The notes below the pieces were generated by a model that was given only the letters and a program-made list of their open reading frames with translations, ran no database searches and was not told the DNA's origin. Positions 62,880 to 64,000 of a stretch of 64,000 bases of DNA are shown here, in pieces (position 1 is the stretch's first letter; every line of letters starts with the position of its first letter). Origin of the DNA: Dehalococcoidia bacterium (GTDB taxonomy: Bacteria; Chloroflexota; Dehalococcoidia; Lucifugimonadales; CATOSD01); the NCBI GenBank assembly GCA_965204815.1, contig OZ242014.1, positions 3,112,532 through 3,176,531 on the forward strand. Reading direction: 5' to 3'. The position numbers and the translations under genes were made by a program.

Positions 62880-64000
62880 CTAGCAGCACCAGGGGACGAC
62901 GACCGGCAAGGGCCAGCTACGGCCCGGCGAGGCAGACGGCATACGCCAACGCGGGCGGCCAGCAGACCACCCCGGTCGACTACGCCATCGAGATTCCGGT
63001 CGCCATCACCATCCACGACCTCGCCGACCTGATGGGTCTCAATCCCATCGAGGTGATCAAGGAGTTCATGCGCAACGGCTTCATGTACACCATCAACGAG
63101 GTGGTGGAGCATGAGACGGCCGCGCTCATCGCGGAGTCCCTGGGCTTCGACGTGCTGCCGCTGGTCGAGCCGGATCAGCCCGGCGGCTCGATGGTGGTGT
63201 CCACCGACGACGAGGACCCCGACCTGCTGGAGTCCCGGCCGCCGGTGGTGACGATCCTCGGCCACGTCGACCACGGCAAGACCACCCTGCTGGACTCGCT
63301 GCGCAACAGCGACGTGGTGAGCGGCGAGGCGGGCGGCATAACGCAGCACATCGGCGCCTACCAGATCGACTTCGACGGCTCGGCCATCTCCTTCCTGGAC
63401 ACGCCCGGCCACGAGGCGTTCACCGCGATGCGCGCGCGGGGCGCGCAGGTCACCGACATTGCGATCCTGGTGATTGCGGCGGACGACGGCATCATGCCGC
63501 AGACCATCGAGGCGATAGACCACGTGAAGTCCGCGGGCGTGCCAATCGTCGTAGCCATCAACAAGATCGACATCCCGAACGCGGACCAGGAGCGCGTGAA
63601 GCGCCAGCTCGCGGAGCAGGACCTGCTCATCGAGGAGTGGGGCGGCGACGTGATCGCGGTGCCCATCTCGGCGCTGAGAGGCGACGGCATACCCGACCTG
63701 CTCGAGAACGTGATGGTGGTCGCCGAGATAGGCGAGTTGAAGGCCAACCCGCAGCGGCCCGCCCGCGGCGTGGTGGTGGAGGCGCGCATCGACAAGCAGC
63801 GCGGCTCGATCGCGACGGTGCTGGTGCAGACGGGCACGCTGAGCGTGGGCGACAGCATCGTGCTGGGCGAGGTGCGAGGCAGGGTGAAGGCCATGTTCAC
63901 GGACAGGGGCAGGCGCATCAAGCACGCCGGTCCCTCCCAGCCGGTCGAAATCCTGGGCGTGTCCGGCCTGCCGCAGGCGGGTGAGGTGTTCGAGGCGGCG
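62876..64000 (+). CDS. infB: translation initiation factor IF-2 (3' end outside the window)
   Basis: My own translation from the ATG at 62876 gives ...[29 protein letters not shown] and NKID G-domain motifs. It is open to the window end and is not in the supplied ORF track because it has no stop. Confidence 0.9.
   Translation, partial: MTSSTRGRRPARASYGPARQTAYANAGGQQTTPVDYAIEIPVAITIHDLADLMGLNPIEVIKEFMRNGFMYTINEVVEHETAALIAESLGFDVLPLVEPDQPGGSMVVSTDDEDPDLLESRPPVVTILGHVDHGKTTLLDSLRNSDVVSGEAGGITQHIGAYQIDFDGSAISFLDTPGHEAFTAMRARGAQVTDIAILVIAADDGIMPQTIEAIDHVKSAGVPIVVAINKIDIPNADQERVKRQLAEQDLLIEEWGGDVIAVPISALRGDGIPDLLENVMVVAEIGELKANPQRPARGVVVEARIDKQRGSIATVLVQTGTLSVGDSIVLGEVRGRVKAMFTDRGRRIKHAGPSQPVEILGVSGLPQAGEVFEAA

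Overview
GC-rich bacterial chromosomal segment. Gene content and Cheo-type LexA-like boxes fit Chloroflexota or a related Gram-positive-type lineage, but this is inference only. Most of it is housekeeping: pncA-pncB, tilS, recA-recX, rplY, moaDE, tRNA-Ser(GCU), miaB, nadA-nadC, dtd, purL, an NAD-dependent formate dehydrogenase, a CocE/NonD hydrolase, rnd, an ABC-2 exporter, two MFS transporters, an M20 peptidase, a NUDIX hydrolase, nadK, nuoL-M-N, nusA-ylxR-infB. infB runs off the 3' end. Several visibly AT-richer accessory islets interrupt this core. (1) About 20.4-25.0 kb holds an overlapping DNA methyltransferase / PD-(D/E)xK-like pair, followed by a double zinc-ribbon gene, an XRE regulator and an ImmA/IrrE-like protein that lacks the catalytic Glu. 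(2) An intact IS5-family element at 16.0-16.8 kb sits beside an orphan RHH antitoxin-like gene. (3) A decayed islet lies at 44.8-46.9 kb. (4) A solitary DUF3800 gene lies between nuoL and nusA. Other notable features are a PaREP1/HEPN-like gene inside the recA-recX unit and an ECF sigma / anti-sigma-vWA / tandem lipoprotein-metallopeptidase cluster. There is also a frameshifted acyl-CoA mutase gene. Two related hairpin-plus-G-rich-tail repeat families occur in at least 12 copies. One copy is inserted in frame in purL and two supply the stop codons of neighbouring genes. No rRNA or CRISPR array was seen. All functional calls come from motif recognition by eye; no database search was run.
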